Of a DNA stretch of 64,000 nucleotides, positions 9,457-19,520 are shown piece by piece. The stretch is from an uncultured Candidatus Saccharibacteria bacterium. Lineage in GTDB: Bacteria > Patescibacteriota > Minisyncoccia > UBA6257. Position 1 is the stretch's first letter. Each line of letters starts with the position of its first letter. The notes below the pieces were generated by a model. The model was not told where the DNA came from. It did not search any database and worked only from the letters and a program-made list of their open reading frames with translations. The stretch spans positions 1,940 to 65,939 of the forward strand of contig CAZUBI010000001.1 of assembly GCA_964618625.1 (NCBI GenBank), read 5' to 3'. The position numbers and the translations under genes are program-made.

Positions 9457-10680
9457 ATGAAAAGAAGATTTATTCAATACATACTTAAATATCTTGCAAA
9501 ACTTATTTTGTGGCGCTATAAGCCTCTTATTATTGGCGTAATAGGAAGCGTTGGAAAGACCTCCACAAAAGAATCTATTTATACTGTCCTAAGAAAAAGA
9601 TTTAGAGTCGAAAGAAATATTTTTAATTTAAATACAGAGATAGGAATGCCCCTTACTATAATTAGGGGTAAAGATGCTAAACGAAATATTTTGCTTTGGT
9701 TTTATAATTTTTTTCATACTTTTTGGCTGTTTATTTTTAAAACAAAAACATATCCAGAAATATTAATTCTTGAGATGTCTGAAGATGCTCCTGGTATGAT
9801 AAAATATTTAGTTGATTTAGCTCATCCTAAAATAGGGGTAGTTACTACTATTGGAGATCCGCCTGTTCATTTAGAATATTATAAAAATATTAATCAGTTG
9901 ATTGAAGAAATAAGTTATTTGCCCCAAAGTTTATCTTTGGATAATACGATTGTTTTAAACGCCGATAACCCGTTAGTTTTAAATTTAAAAGACAAAACCG
10001 TTGCTAAAGTTTTTTCTTACGGTTTTTCTGAAAATTCTGATGTTAAAATAACAGAATATAAATTAATTAATACAGAGAATTTAGAGAATATAGGAATGAA
10101 TTTTCGTTTAGAATCTAGTGGCAGTTTTGTACCAGTAAAGCTTGAAGGCGTTTTTGGAAAAGGACAAATTTATGCTTTAGCCGCCGCTGCCGCTGTGGGG
10201 CTATCTTTAGATATGAACTTGATAGAGATTAGCGAAGCAATGAAGGATTATAAAATAGCCAAAGGCAGAACAAAATTTATGCGCGGGATAAATAATAGCT
10301 GGCTATTAGATGATTCTTATAACGCTTGTCCAGATTCAGTTCGTGTTGCGCTTGATTTACTTAAAGAAGTTCCTGCAAAAAGAAAAATTGTTATTTTAGG
10401 GGATATGAAGGAATTAGGCGTAAATTCAAATCAGGCTCATATAGAAATTGGAAAAGACGTAGCAGGTATAGCTGAGGTTTTTATTGCTATAGGAGAAGAG
10501 ATGATTTTTGCCAAGCAAATAATTGATGATGAATATCTTAATGTAGAGACTTTCTGGTTCAAAAATAGCCAAGAGGCAAAAGCATCAATTAAAAAAATGA
10601 TAAAAAAAAGCGATTTAGTATTGATTAAAGGTTCACGCACAATGGAAATGGAGAAGATTACCGAGGAATTAAGAAAGTAA
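9457..10680 (+). CDS. murF: UDP-N-acetylmuramoyl-tripeptide--D-alanyl-D-alanine ligase
   Basis: Mur ligase P-loop GVIGSVGKTSTKE, NACPDSV, and the C-terminal LIKGSRTMEME typical of MurF. Position after ftsI. Confidence 0.7.
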   Translation: MKRRFIQYILKYLAKLILWRYKPLIIGVIGSVGKTSTKESIYTVLRKRFRVERNIFNLNTEIGMPLTIIRGKDAKRNILLWFYNFFHTFWLFIFKTKTYPEILILEMSEDAPGMIKYLVDLAHPKIGVVTTIGDPPVHLEYYKNINQLIEEISYLPQSLSLDNTIVLNADNPLVLNLKDKTVAKVFSYGFSENSDVKITEYKLINTENLENIGMNFRLESSGSFVPVKLEGVFGKGQIYALAAAAAVGLSLDMNLIEISEAMKDYKIAKGRTKFMRGINNSWLLDDSYNACPDSVRVALDLLKEVPAKRKIVILGDMKELGVNSNQAHIEIGKDVAGIAEVFIAIGEEMIFAKQIIDDEYLNVETFWFKNSQEAKASIKKMIKKSDLVLIKGSRTMEMEKITEELRK

Positions 10681-10721
10681 ATTTGCCCAAAATTTGGCTT
10701 TATGTTATATTTTTGCTACTT

Positions 10722-10796
10722 GCCGTCATCGTCTAGTTCGGTTTAGGACGCATGGTTCTCATCCATGTAACCCGGGTTCAAATCCCGGTGACGGCA
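10722..10796 (+). tRNA. tRNA-Glu (anticodon CTC)
   Basis: Acceptor GCCGTCA/TGACGGC, anticodon stem CATGG/CCATG with loop TTCTCAT, T-arm CCGGGTTCAAATCCCGG, discriminator A, no encoded CCA. Confidence 0.8.
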
Positions 10797-10799
10797 CAT

Positions 10800-11129
10800 A
10801 TGAAGAATAAATTACAAAAAAGTTGGCTATTATTAGGTGCAAGCTTTATTATATCGATCTTTTTAAATTGGCTGGTCTATAGGAAAACTGGACCTAATTT
10901 TCCGGTAATTTTTCGTTCTAATGATTTTGGCATTAATTTTTTAGGTAATAGAAACCTGCTTTGGCAAATTCCGGTTTTGGGCATCATTTTTATTTATATA
11001 AATTATTGGCTTTCACGACTATTCCAGGGTTCTTATAAAAACTTGAGTAAATTACTTTTTTTTGCTAATATAGGAGTTGCTGTGCTGGTATTTTTAATTA
11101 GCGCGCAAATTTATTTTTTAAACCGATAA
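10800..11129 (+). CDS. membrane protein, hypothetical
   Basis: Start moved to the first ATG after the tRNA. 3 TM helices. Confidence 0.4.
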   Translation: MKNKLQKSWLLLGASFIISIFLNWLVYRKTGPNFPVIFRSNDFGINFLGNRNLLWQIPVLGIIFIYINYWLSRLFQGSYKNLSKLLFFANIGVAVLVFLISAQIYFLNR

Positions 11130-11139
11130 TTATAATTAT

Positions 11140-11454
11140 ATGTTGGCAGTTATTGAGACAGGAGGAAAACAATATTTAATTTCTCCGAAACAAAAGATAA
11201 AAATAGAGAAGATAAAAGACGTAAAAGAAGGAGATGAAATAATTTTTGATAAAGTTCTTCTTATGGTTGATGATAAAGGCAATGTAAAAATAGGCCAGCC
11301 TTATATTTCAGGCACGAAAATTATTGCAAAATGCGAAGAATCAGGAAAATCTAAAAAGATTATTGTTTTCCGTTATCGTCATAAAACCCGATACAAAAAG
11401 AAAAAAGGGCATAGGCAGCCCTTTATGAAAGTATTGATTAAAGAAACTAAATAG
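11140..11454 (+). CDS. rplU: 50S ribosomal protein L21
   Basis: MLAVIETGGKQY signature. Confidence 0.9.
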   Translation: MLAVIETGGKQYLISPKQKIKIEKIKDVKEGDEIIFDKVLLMVDDKGNVKIGQPYISGTKIIAKCEESGKSKKIIVFRYRHKTRYKKKKGHRQPFMKVLIKETK

Positions 11455-11456
11455 TT

Positions 11457-12095
11457 TTATTTTCTTCCTTCCAAAGCATTTATTAAAGTTTCTGCATCGG
11501 CGAATTCCACTTCTCCTCCCTGTGGAAGTCCGCGAGCCAACCTTGTTATTGTAATTTTGTCATCCAGACCTTTAATAGATTTTTCCAAAGAGTAGGTGGT
11601 TAAATTACCTTCTGATGTGGGGCTGAGGGCTAGGATTACTTCTTTTACTGGATTATTCGAGGATTGAGCCTTTTTAATACGCAGTAAAAGCTGAGGAATA
11701 GTTATCCTCAGTTTTTTATTTTCATCAATTTCTGATAACAACCTTCCTAAGACGTGGTAAAGACCGTGATATTTGTTTGTTTTTTCTATAGACAAAAGGT
11801 CAGTTTCTTTCTCCACAACACATATAACTGATTTGTCTCTTCGCAAGTTATTACAAATTTTACATAATGTATTACTTAAAGATTTTTTTCCTTGTTCTAT
11901 TTCTGTGATGAAAAAACAATTTGGGCATACCTGCGTTTTAGAAAATAAATTAACGAAGGCATGATAAAAATTATTTTGCGATTCTTTCTTTTGATGCAAT
12001 AACCAAAAAGCCAAACGCGCAGTTTGGCGCGGTCCCATGCCCGGGAGTTTTGAAAATATATTTACAAAATCTTTTATTGGTTTTGGTAAATCCAT
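11457..12095 (-). CDS. recR: recombination protein RecR
   Basis: LPGMGPRQTARLAFWLL HhH region, C4 zinc finger (CPNC...CKIC), Toprim. Confidence 0.9.
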   Translation of the reverse strand: MDLPKPIKDFVNIFSKLPGMGPRQTARLAFWLLHQKKESQNNFYHAFVNLFSKTQVCPNCFFITEIEQGKKSLSNTLCKICNNLRRDKSVICVVEKETDLLSIEKTNKYHGLYHVLGRLLSEIDENKKLRITIPQLLLRIKKAQSSNNPVKEVILALSPTSEGNLTTYSLEKSIKGLDDKITITRLARGLPQGGEVEFADAETLINALEGRK

Positions 12096-12100
12096 TTTTG

Positions 12101-13477
12101 TTATTCTCCTTCTAGGCCAGGAAATTTTTCATCTTTTTCCAGATTGCGGAAACTTGCCAATTGTTCATTAAAAAATAGATTTGCATGACCTAAAGGACCA
12201 TTACGATGTTTTGCAATTATAATTTTAGCAATGTTTTTATTCTCAGAATCTTCTTTATAACGGTCTTCACGGTAGACAAAAAGGACTACATCAGCGTCTT
12301 GTTCTAAACTTCCAGTTTCTCTTAGGTCAGAGAGTTTGGGAATACATAATGGTCTTGCTTCAACAGCACGATTAAGCTGCGAGATGGCTAATACAGGTAT
12401 TTTTAATTCCCTTGACAAAGCTTTTAAGGAACGCGAAATTTCAGAATATTGCTGAACAGTGCTTTCACGGGAAAGGGAGGGACTAATTAGTTGGATATAG
12501 TCCACAATGATTAATCCTAAATTTGTTTCTGCCTGTAGTCGACGCGCCATTGTTCGAATTTGCATTACTGTGGGTGAAGCAGCATCATCAATAAATATTG
12601 GGGCTTCGGACAGACGAGATAAAGAATCCTGAATAAGAGTAAAATCATTAATATCTTCATCAGTAGAAAGACGTCCTGTTCTTATTTTCCATAAACCAAC
12701 CGTAGATTCAGCTGCTATTAATCTGTCAACCACTTGATCTTTTGACATTTCTATACTGAATATTCCTACGGGAACTTTTTCTTTTAAAGCTACATTACGC
12801 GCAATGTCTAAAGCAAGAGATGTTTTTCCTAAAGAAGGCCGCCCTCCCAAAATAATTAAATCAGATTTTTGCAATCCACCAAGATAATGATCTAGATCGT
12901 GAAATCCAGTGGATATTCCCCGTAATTTATCACCACCTTTATGCAATTGGTCTATTCTCTCAAAAGCTTTGATCAATTCTCCTTTTAAAGCCACAAATTC
13001 ATGCGCTATAGATTTTTTAGCAATAGAGAAAATGATTTGTTCTGCATTGTCTAAAACCTCATTTATATTTTCTGATTCTTGCCATCCTAATTCAGCAATT
13101 TTATAAGAAGCGGCGATTAAATCACGCAATACTCTTTTTTCGTGAACAATATTGGCATAATGAACTACATGAGCGCTTGTAGGCGTTTTATTGACTAAAG
13201 ACGTTAAAAAACTTGCTCCTCCTATTTCACCCAATTGTTTTTTTTCTTTTAAGCGATTAGATAATGAAAGAACATCAATTGGTGCATTTTGTTGATATAA
13301 GTTTAAGATAGCTTCATAAATAATGCGATGTTGGGGCTGATAAAAGTCTTCAGGAAACAAAACATCAGCAATTTTAACAATTGCGTCCTTATCTATCATA
13401 AGAGATCCTAATGTTGATTCTTCTGCCTCTATATTTTGAGGCGGAAGTTTTCCTTCAGTGATGTTTTTTTCGGCCAT
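12101..13477 (-). CDS. dnaB: replicative DNA helicase
   Basis: DnaB N-domain NIEAEESTLGSLM, Walker A GGRPSLGKTS, and RecA-like C-domain. Confidence 0.9.
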   Translation of the reverse strand: MAEKNITEGKLPPQNIEAEESTLGSLMIDKDAIVKIADVLFPEDFYQPQHRIIYEAILNLYQQNAPIDVLSLSNRLKEKKQLGEIGGASFLTSLVNKTPTSAHVVHYANIVHEKRVLRDLIAASYKIAELGWQESENINEVLDNAEQIIFSIAKKSIAHEFVALKGELIKAFERIDQLHKGGDKLRGISTGFHDLDHYLGGLQKSDLIILGGRPSLGKTSLALDIARNVALKEKVPVGIFSIEMSKDQVVDRLIAAESTVGLWKIRTGRLSTDEDINDFTLIQDSLSRLSEAPIFIDDAASPTVMQIRTMARRLQAETNLGLIIVDYIQLISPSLSRESTVQQYSEISRSLKALSRELKIPVLAISQLNRAVEARPLCIPKLSDLRETGSLEQDADVVLFVYREDRYKEDSENKNIAKIIIAKHRNGPLGHANLFFNEQLASFRNLEKDEKFPGLEGE

Positions 13478-13493
13478 ATATTAGATATAAATT

Positions 13494-14981
13494 TTAAAGT
13501 TTTGGTTTTATAATTGTACCTTTTTTTGTGTCTTCTAACAGAAATCCAGATTTTTCTATAATTTTTCTTATTTTATCGGCTTTTTCCCATTCTCTCGCTT
13601 CTCTTAATTGCTCTCTTTTTTTTGCTAATTCTTTTATCTTTTTCGGCGGAATAACGAGTTTGATTTTATCTAATCCTAACCCTAATACTTTATCAAAACT
13701 CAGGGCTAACTCATAGACTTCTTTGCCAATAATTTCATTCGCTTTTTTTGGATTGTTCCTAATTTGATAATAATCTTTTATTAATTTCCAGAAAGCAGCC
13801 AAGGCCCTTGGAGTATTAAGATCGTCATTAATTGATTTCTCAAATTCTTTTTTTGTTTTATTCAATGAAAAAGTTGATGTTTTCTTTTTTTGAATCTTTT
13901 TCTTATCAATTAAACAATCTAGAATGAAATTATAAATATTATTTAAACTTTCTTGGGCATTTTCCAATGCTTTTTGAGAAAATTCCAATAATGTTCTGTA
14001 ATGGCTATTTAGAGCTAAATAACGAAATGCTAGAGGAGAAAAACCGGATTCTTCAATGTTTTTAATCAAAATTGCATTACTTTCAGATTTTCCCATTCGC
14101 GCGTCTTTTAAAACAAGGAATTCCCCATGAAGCCAGAAATTTACAAATTTTTTATTTGTTACAGCCTCTACTTGGGCTATTTCATTTGTATGATGAATTG
14201 GTATTAAATCTGTTCCTCCAGTATGTATATCAATTGTTTGCGCTTTTCTTGGAAAAAACTTTTTTTCTTTAAAAGCTTTGCCTAAATATTTTAAATTAAT
14301 AACAGAACATTCAATATGCCATCCTGGAAATCCGCGTCCCCAAGGTGATTCCCATTCCATTTGTCTTTTGGAATTTTTAGGGGAGAATTTCCATAGAGAA
14401 AAATCAGTAATATTCTTTTTCTCTGGAGACAGTTCTATTCTTGCACCAGCCTTTAATGTTTTATTAAGTTTTTTAAAATTCATTCCAGTTAACTTTCCGT
14501 AATCTTTCAATTTAGAAGTATCAAAATAGATTCCATCACTAGTTTGATAAGTGAAGTTATTCTTTTCCAAGGATTTAATGAGTTCGATGTCTTCTTTAAT
14601 ATGATCTGTTGCTTTAGCTACTATATCTGGAGCAAGAATATTTAATTTTTTACAATCAGCAAAGAAAGATTTAGTATAAAATTCGGCTATTTCAAAAGCG
14701 GATTTTTTTGATTTTTTTGCCGCTTTTTCTATTTTGTCTTCGCCTGTATCAGCGTTAGAAGTTAAATGCCCGACATCAGTAATGTTCATTACATGTTTGA
14801 CTTTGTACCCTTGATATAATAAAACTCTTTTTAAAATATCCCCAAAGATGTATGTTCTTAAATTTCCAATGTGCGCCGTTGAATAAACAGTTGGTCCGCA
14901 TGTATAAAGCCCAACCAGCTTATTTTCTATTGGCTTAAAAACCTGTTTCTTTTTAGTAAGAGTATTGTAAAAATAAATCAT
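13494..14981 (-). CDS. cysS: cysteine--tRNA ligase
   Basis: HIGN (HIGH-like), RMGKSESN (KMSKS-like), and the class I architecture. Confidence 0.9.
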   Translation of the reverse strand: MIYFYNTLTKKKQVFKPIENKLVGLYTCGPTVYSTAHIGNLRTYIFGDILKRVLLYQGYKVKHVMNITDVGHLTSNADTGEDKIEKAAKKSKKSAFEIAEFYTKSFFADCKKLNILAPDIVAKATDHIKEDIELIKSLEKNNFTYQTSDGIYFDTSKLKDYGKLTGMNFKKLNKTLKAGARIELSPEKKNITDFSLWKFSPKNSKRQMEWESPWGRGFPGWHIECSVINLKYLGKAFKEKKFFPRKAQTIDIHTGGTDLIPIHHTNEIAQVEAVTNKKFVNFWLHGEFLVLKDARMGKSESNAILIKNIEESGFSPLAFRYLALNSHYRTLLEFSQKALENAQESLNNIYNFILDCLIDKKKIQKKKTSTFSLNKTKKEFEKSINDDLNTPRALAAFWKLIKDYYQIRNNPKKANEIIGKEVYELALSFDKVLGLGLDKIKLVIPPKKIKELAKKREQLREAREWEKADKIRKIIEKSGFLLEDTKKGTIIKPKL

Positions 14982-14988
14982 TTATTTT

Positions 14989-15038
14989 GAGTGTAGTGAA
15001 AAACAAGGTTCTGCCGAGTAAAACGAGGCGGGTTCTTA
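14989..15038 (+). repeat. 51-nt repeat family 3, intergenic copy
   Basis: GAGTGTAGTGAAAAACAAGGTTCTGCCGAGTAAAACGAGGCGGGTTCTTA between cysS and the CorA-like gene. It overlaps the CorA-like stop. Confidence 0.5.
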
Positions 15039-16025
15039 CAGAAACTTTCTTTTTTTAAGGTAAGAAAAGATTAATATTGATGGTATAAAAGCAATTAACA
15101 GGATAAGCCAAAAATCATAAGGAGAACCGACAAAAGGCAGATACTGGGTGTTCATTTGATAAATACTGGTAACTAATATAGCAGGCCAGGTTACAAGAGA
15201 GAGAATTGTATAGATCCTGGTTAAGAGATTGATTTTATGTTCCATCAAGGAATTATTTGTGTTTTCCAATGATTCTATAGTGTCTTTGAAACTATCAATA
15301 AGATTTTCTACTTTAGTGCTATCACCGACTAAATCGTCAAAATAAATACGTTTGTTTTCTCCAAAAATTCGTGGTCCTTGTCTGGATAAAGAACATAAAG
15401 TTTCTTTTAAATATCTAAATATCCTTTGGAAATTTAGAACATCTCTTTTTACGAAGGAGATATTAGGGATTGCGTCCTCTGCTTTGCCTTGGAATATATC
15501 TTTTTCCACATCGTTAATCTTTTTCTGAATGTGATAAATTTGTCGTATAGCAAAATCTAAAAAATATTCAATAATGAAATAAAGAAGTTTTATAGTATCG
15601 CTAAGATATAAATTCTCAAAATCTTTTGTATAAACTTTTTCCATGAGTTCTTCGCGCATCACCGTGCTTTTTTCATAACAAATTGTAATAAGAGTATCTT
15701 TATCTAATATAACATCCAGCTCCCACGGAGAAGATTTTTTTTCAACAGCGTTCCAGCATGGGAAATGAGTTACTAAAAAAATATAACCATCGTACGCTTC
15801 AGTTTTATTTCTCTGGGAAGGTGTTTTGAGCTCTTCCAAGATAATAGGGTGAAAACGATAGTTTTTGCGAAGATATTCAATATCTTCATTGGTGGGACAG
15901 GTAATGTCTACCCAGGTAATCTTTCCTTTAAATATTTGTCTCATATGTTTTAAATTATTCAACAGTTTCATTTTATCATGGCGCACAAAGTCAGGCAAAC
16001 CCAATCGTGGAAAAACAGGGGACAA
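15036..16025 (-). CDS. CorA-like divalent cation transporter
   Basis: Long cytosolic domain plus two C-terminal TM helices with YQMNTQ, a variant of the CorA GMN motif. Confidence 0.55.
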   Translation of the reverse strand: MSPVFPRLGLPDFVRHDKMKLLNNLKHMRQIFKGKITWVDITCPTNEDIEYLRKNYRFHPIILEELKTPSQRNKTEAYDGYIFLVTHFPCWNAVEKKSSPWELDVILDKDTLITICYEKSTVMREELMEKVYTKDFENLYLSDTIKLLYFIIEYFLDFAIRQIYHIQKKINDVEKDIFQGKAEDAIPNISFVKRDVLNFQRIFRYLKETLCSLSRQGPRIFGENKRIYFDDLVGDSTKVENLIDSFKDTIESLENTNNSLMEHKINLLTRIYTILSLVTWPAILVTSIYQMNTQYLPFVGSPYDFWLILLIAFIPSILIFSYLKKRKFL

Positions 16026-16101
16026 CAGGTGAGGAGATATTGTTTCAAAAACACGCTAATCGCTATCGTTTTCTCAACAACATTCCGAACCTTTATCTCG
16101 C

Positions 16102-16128
16102 TTAGCACTCTTGACATTTGATTGCTAA
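16102..16128 (+). promoter_or_regulatory. CIRCE operator (variant) overlapping a TTGACA-17-TAAAAT promoter
   Basis: TTAGCACTC-TTGACATTT-GATTGCTAA against consensus TTAGCACTC-N9-GAGTGCTAA. Lies 34 nt upstream of hrcA. Confidence 0.7.
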
Positions 16129-16161
16129 TGAGTAAAATAAGAATAAGGTAGACAAAACGAT

Positions 16162-16992
16162 ATGGTAATAAAATTAAAAGATAGAAATAATTACATTTTA
16201 AAAGCTTTGATTAAAGAATATACTCGTACTGGCGAACCTGTTGCTTCTGAAATTTTAAATGCTAAATATCGTCTCGGTGTGAGTTCGGCAACTATTAGAA
16301 ATGATTTTGTAATACTCACTGAAGAAGGTTATTTATACAAACCTTATATTTCAAGCGGGCGTATACCAACAGACAAGGCCTGGAAATTTTTTATTGATAC
16401 TATTTTTGAGGATGAAAATGATTCTTTAGAACAATGGGAAGAAAAATTAAAAAGCCAGTTATTGAAAATTAAGTTCAGATTAGAAAATCACACGAATTCT
16501 GTTAAAGAAATAAAGAAATTATTAGATGTAATATCCGAAGAAAGCCATTCGTTTTGTTTCTGTTATTTATTTGAAGAAGACGAAATAATTAAACAAGGGC
16601 TTAAATATATGTTTACGGAAATGTTTGAAGAAGAATTATTAACTTGCAGGTTTTTTCAACAGATAGCTGAGTCTTTGGAAAGATTGGATGAAAAGCTAAA
16701 AAACATAAAAATTGATGAAAATCCACTTATTTCGAGCAAAGCGAGAAACAAAATTCTGGAGCGAAGCGAACAGGTTCTTATTTCAAGCAAAGCGAGAAAC
16801 AAGGTTCTCGTCAGAGGTGAGGTTCTTATTCTAATAGGGAAAGAGAATCCTTTTGTGCGGTCTAATCAATTTAGTTCTTTACTTAGCGTTGTTTCCAGGC
16901 CAAGGGCGATTTTAGGGATATTAGGGCCTAAAAGAATGCCTTATAAAAGAAATATAGCTATGTTAAGGGCAATTACTAATTTAACATCTTAA
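16162..16992 (+). CDS. hrcA: heat-inducible transcription repressor HrcA (short form with an internal repeat)
   Basis: N-terminal wHTH (ILKALIKEYTRTGEPVAS) and the C-terminal ILGILGPKRMPYKRNIAML typical of HrcA. Sits just upstream of grpE-dnaK. Confidence 0.75.
   Translation: MVIKLKDRNNYILKALIKEYTRTGEPVASEILNAKYRLGVSSATIRNDFVILTEEGYLYKPYISSGRIPTDKAWKFFIDTIFEDENDSLEQWEEKLKSQLLKIKFRLENHTNSVKEIKKLLDVISEESHSFCFCYLFEEDEIIKQGLKYMFTEMFEEELLTCRFFQQIAESLERLDEKLKNIKIDENPLISSKARNKILERSEQVLISSKARNKVLVRGEVLILIGKENPFVRSNQFSSLLSVVSRPRAILGILGPKRMPYKRNIAMLRAITNLTS
16729..16830 (+). repeat. two tandem in-frame units (51 and 48 nt) of repeat family 3 inside hrcA
   Basis: Encodes ISSKARNKILERSEQVL / ISSKARNKVLVRGEVL. 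The nucleotide sequence matches the intergenic copies at 5796, 14989 and 55194. Confidence 0.5.
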
Positions 16993-17044
16993 ATTTAACT
17001 CTGAGCGAGGTCGAAGGACATCATAAATATTTAATTTTAAAAAT

Positions 17045-17539
17045 ATGACTGACAGTAAAAAACAAAAAGAATTTGAAAAATTAAAAAAAGAGAAAGGCGA
17101 GTATTTAAAAGGATGGCAAAAAGAAAGAGCTGATTTTATTAATTACAAGAAAAATGAGAAAGAAAGATTTAAAGAGGTTGTAAGATTTTCTAACGAAAGA
17201 ATTATTAAATCATTAATTGCCGTCTTGGATGGATTTGATTTAGCTATTGAAAGTTTTTTAAAGCAGGGAAAAAATAAAAAAGAAAATGAACATTATCTTA
17301 AAGGAATTTATTTAATAAAAAGTCAATTAGAAAATATTTTAGATAAGGAAGGTATTGAGAAAATTAAAGTTAAATTAGGCGATCCGTTAAATCCAGCTCT
17401 TCACGAAGTAGTCGCAGTAACAGAAGATGAGAAATCTTCTCCTGATACAATTATAGAAATTTTAGAAAAAGGATACATTCTTAACGGGAAAGTAATTCGT
17501 CCTTGCCGGGTGATAGTGGCGAAGGCAAAAAATAAATAA
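17045..17539 (+). CDS. grpE: nucleotide exchange factor GrpE
   Basis: Coiled-coil N-terminus, ADFINYKKN, and GrpE C-terminal beta domain (GYILNGKVIRPCRV). Confidence 0.85.
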   Translation: MTDSKKQKEFEKLKKEKGEYLKGWQKERADFINYKKNEKERFKEVVRFSNERIIKSLIAVLDGFDLAIESFLKQGKNKKENEHYLKGIYLIKSQLENILDKEGIEKIKVKLGDPLNPALHEVVAVTEDEKSSPDTIIEILEKGYILNGKVIRPCRVIVAKAKNK

Positions 17540-17584
17540 CAAATAATAACAAACAACAATTAACAAATAACATAAAAGAAAATT

Positions 17585-19486
17585 ATGGCAAAAGTATTAG
17601 GTATAGATTTAGGAACAACTTTTTCAGCAATGGCTACTATAGAAGGTGGTCAACCCAAAATTATTGAAAATGCTGAAGGTGAAAGAACTACTCCATCAGT
17701 GACAGCTTTTTCTAAGACAGGCGAAAGATTAACTGGGATATTAGCTCGCCGCCAAGCTATTACAAATCCTCAAGATACAATTTATTCTGTCAAAAGATTA
17801 ATTGGAAGGAAGTTTTCTGATTCAATTGTTCAAAAAGACAAAGATCTTCTTTCTTACGAAATTAAAGAGGGCGCCAATGGCGGAGTAGAAATAAAAATGG
17901 GGGAACGTTGGTACAAACCACAGGAAATTTCAGCTATGATTTTACAAAAATTAAAGACAGACGCTGAAGCAAAATTAGGAGAAAAAATTACAGACGTAGT
18001 AATAACATGCCCTGCTTATTTTGATGATAGTCAGAGAAAAGCGACAAAAGACGCCGGAGAAGTAGCTGGTTTTAATGTGAAAAGAGTAATAAACGAACCA
18101 ACAGCAGCTGCTTTGGCCTATGGCTTGGATAAAAAGAAAGACCATGAAATAGTTGTTTATGACTTTGGAGGAGGAACTTTTGATATTTCTATTCTTTATG
18201 TTTCTCCTGATACAATTGAAGTAAAAGGAACAGGCGGAGATACGCATTTAGGTGGTGATGATTTTGATCAAAAAATAATGGATTGGGTCATAGAAAGTTT
18301 TAAACGTGATGAAAATATAGATTTGCATAAAGACCCTTTAGCTTTACAAAGAATTAAAGAAGCGGCTGAAAAAGCAAAGAAAGAATTATCTTCAACAATG
18401 CAGGTGGAAATTAACTTGCCGTTTATCACTTCTGGCGCTTCTGGTCCAAAGCACCTCTCTTATAGCCTAAGCCGTTCCAAATTAGAAGAATTAGTTGATG
18501 ATTATATTAAAAAATCAATTGATTTAACTAAAAAAACGATAAAAGAGTGCAAACTGAAGGTTTCTGATATAGAAGAGATAGTTTTAGTTGGTGGGCAAAC
18601 AAGAATGCCTAAAATTCAGGAAGAAGTGAAAAAATTATTTAACAAAGAACCAAATAAAGAAATTAATCCAGACGAAGTTGTAGCAATTGGAGCAGCTGTT
18701 CAAGCGGGCATTATAGGTGGGGAAATGAAGGACGTTTTACTTTTAGATGTAACGCCTCTTTCTTTGGGCATAGAAACGTTGGGTGGAGTTAACACGGTTT
18801 TAATTTCCAAAAATACCACTGTGCCAGTTGCGAAAGGCCAGATATTTTCCACTGCTGCAGAAAATCAGACTTCAGTGGAAATCCATGTTCTTCAAGGAGA
18901 AAGGCCAATGTCTGCTGATAATAAATCTCTTGGAAAATTTATATTAGATGGTATTCCTCATGCTCCTCGTGGTATACCTCAAATTGAAGTGACTTTTGAT
19001 ATTGACGCTAATGGAATTTTAAATGTTACAGCAAAGGATAAGGCTACTGGAAAAGAGCAATCCATTCACATTGAGGGATCTTCGGGCTTGTCAAAAGAAG
19101 AGGTAGAAAAACTAAAAAAAGAAGCAGAATTGCACAGAGAAGAAGATGAAAAGAAAAAGGGAAATATTGAAATAAAGAATAATGCTGAGTCATTGGTTTA
19201 TACTGCAGAAAAAACTTTAAAAGATGCAGGCGAAAAAGTCCCTGCTGATTTGAAAGCTAAAATTGAAGATAAAGTTAAAGAATTAAAAGAAGTGCTGAAA
19301 AATGATGATTTTGATATTATAAAGACAAAAACCGAAGAATTATCACAATCATTGCAAGAAGTAGGAACTCATCTTTATCAACAACAAAAACAAAAGGAAG
19401 AAAAAAGTAAACCAGAGGGAAAAGAATCAAATAAGAATGACAAGGATAATAAAGATGCTAAAGATGCTGATTTTGAGGAAAAATGA
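17585..19486 (+). CDS. dnaK: chaperone DnaK (Hsp70)
   Basis: [16 protein letters not shown], and the full Hsp70 architecture. Confidence 0.95.
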   Translation: MAKVLGIDLGTTFSAMATIEGGQPKIIENAEGERTTPSVTAFSKTGERLTGILARRQAITNPQDTIYSVKRLIGRKFSDSIVQKDKDLLSYEIKEGANGGVEIKMGERWYKPQEISAMILQKLKTDAEAKLGEKITDVVITCPAYFDDSQRKATKDAGEVAGFNVKRVINEPTAAALAYGLDKKKDHEIVVYDFGGGTFDISILYVSPDTIEVKGTGGDTHLGGDDFDQKIMDWVIESFKRDENIDLHKDPLALQRIKEAAEKAKKELSSTMQVEINLPFITSGASGPKHLSYSLSRSKLEELVDDYIKKSIDLTKKTIKECKLKVSDIEEIVLVGGQTRMPKIQEEVKKLFNKEPNKEINPDEVVAIGAAVQAGIIGGEMKDVLLLDVTPLSLGIETLGGVNTVLISKNTTVPVAKGQIFSTAAENQTSVEIHVLQGERPMSADNKSLGKFILDGIPHAPRGIPQIEVTFDIDANGILNVTAKDKATGKEQSIHIEGSSGLSKEEVEKLKKEAELHREEDEKKKGNIEIKNNAESLVYTAEKTLKDAGEKVPADLKAKIEDKVKELKEVLKNDDFDIIKTKTEELSQSLQEVGTHLYQQQKQKEEKSKPEGKESNKNDKDNKDAKDADFEEK

Positions 19487-19520
19487 TGATATAGTATAAT
19501 TTAAACCACTTTAGTTTTTT

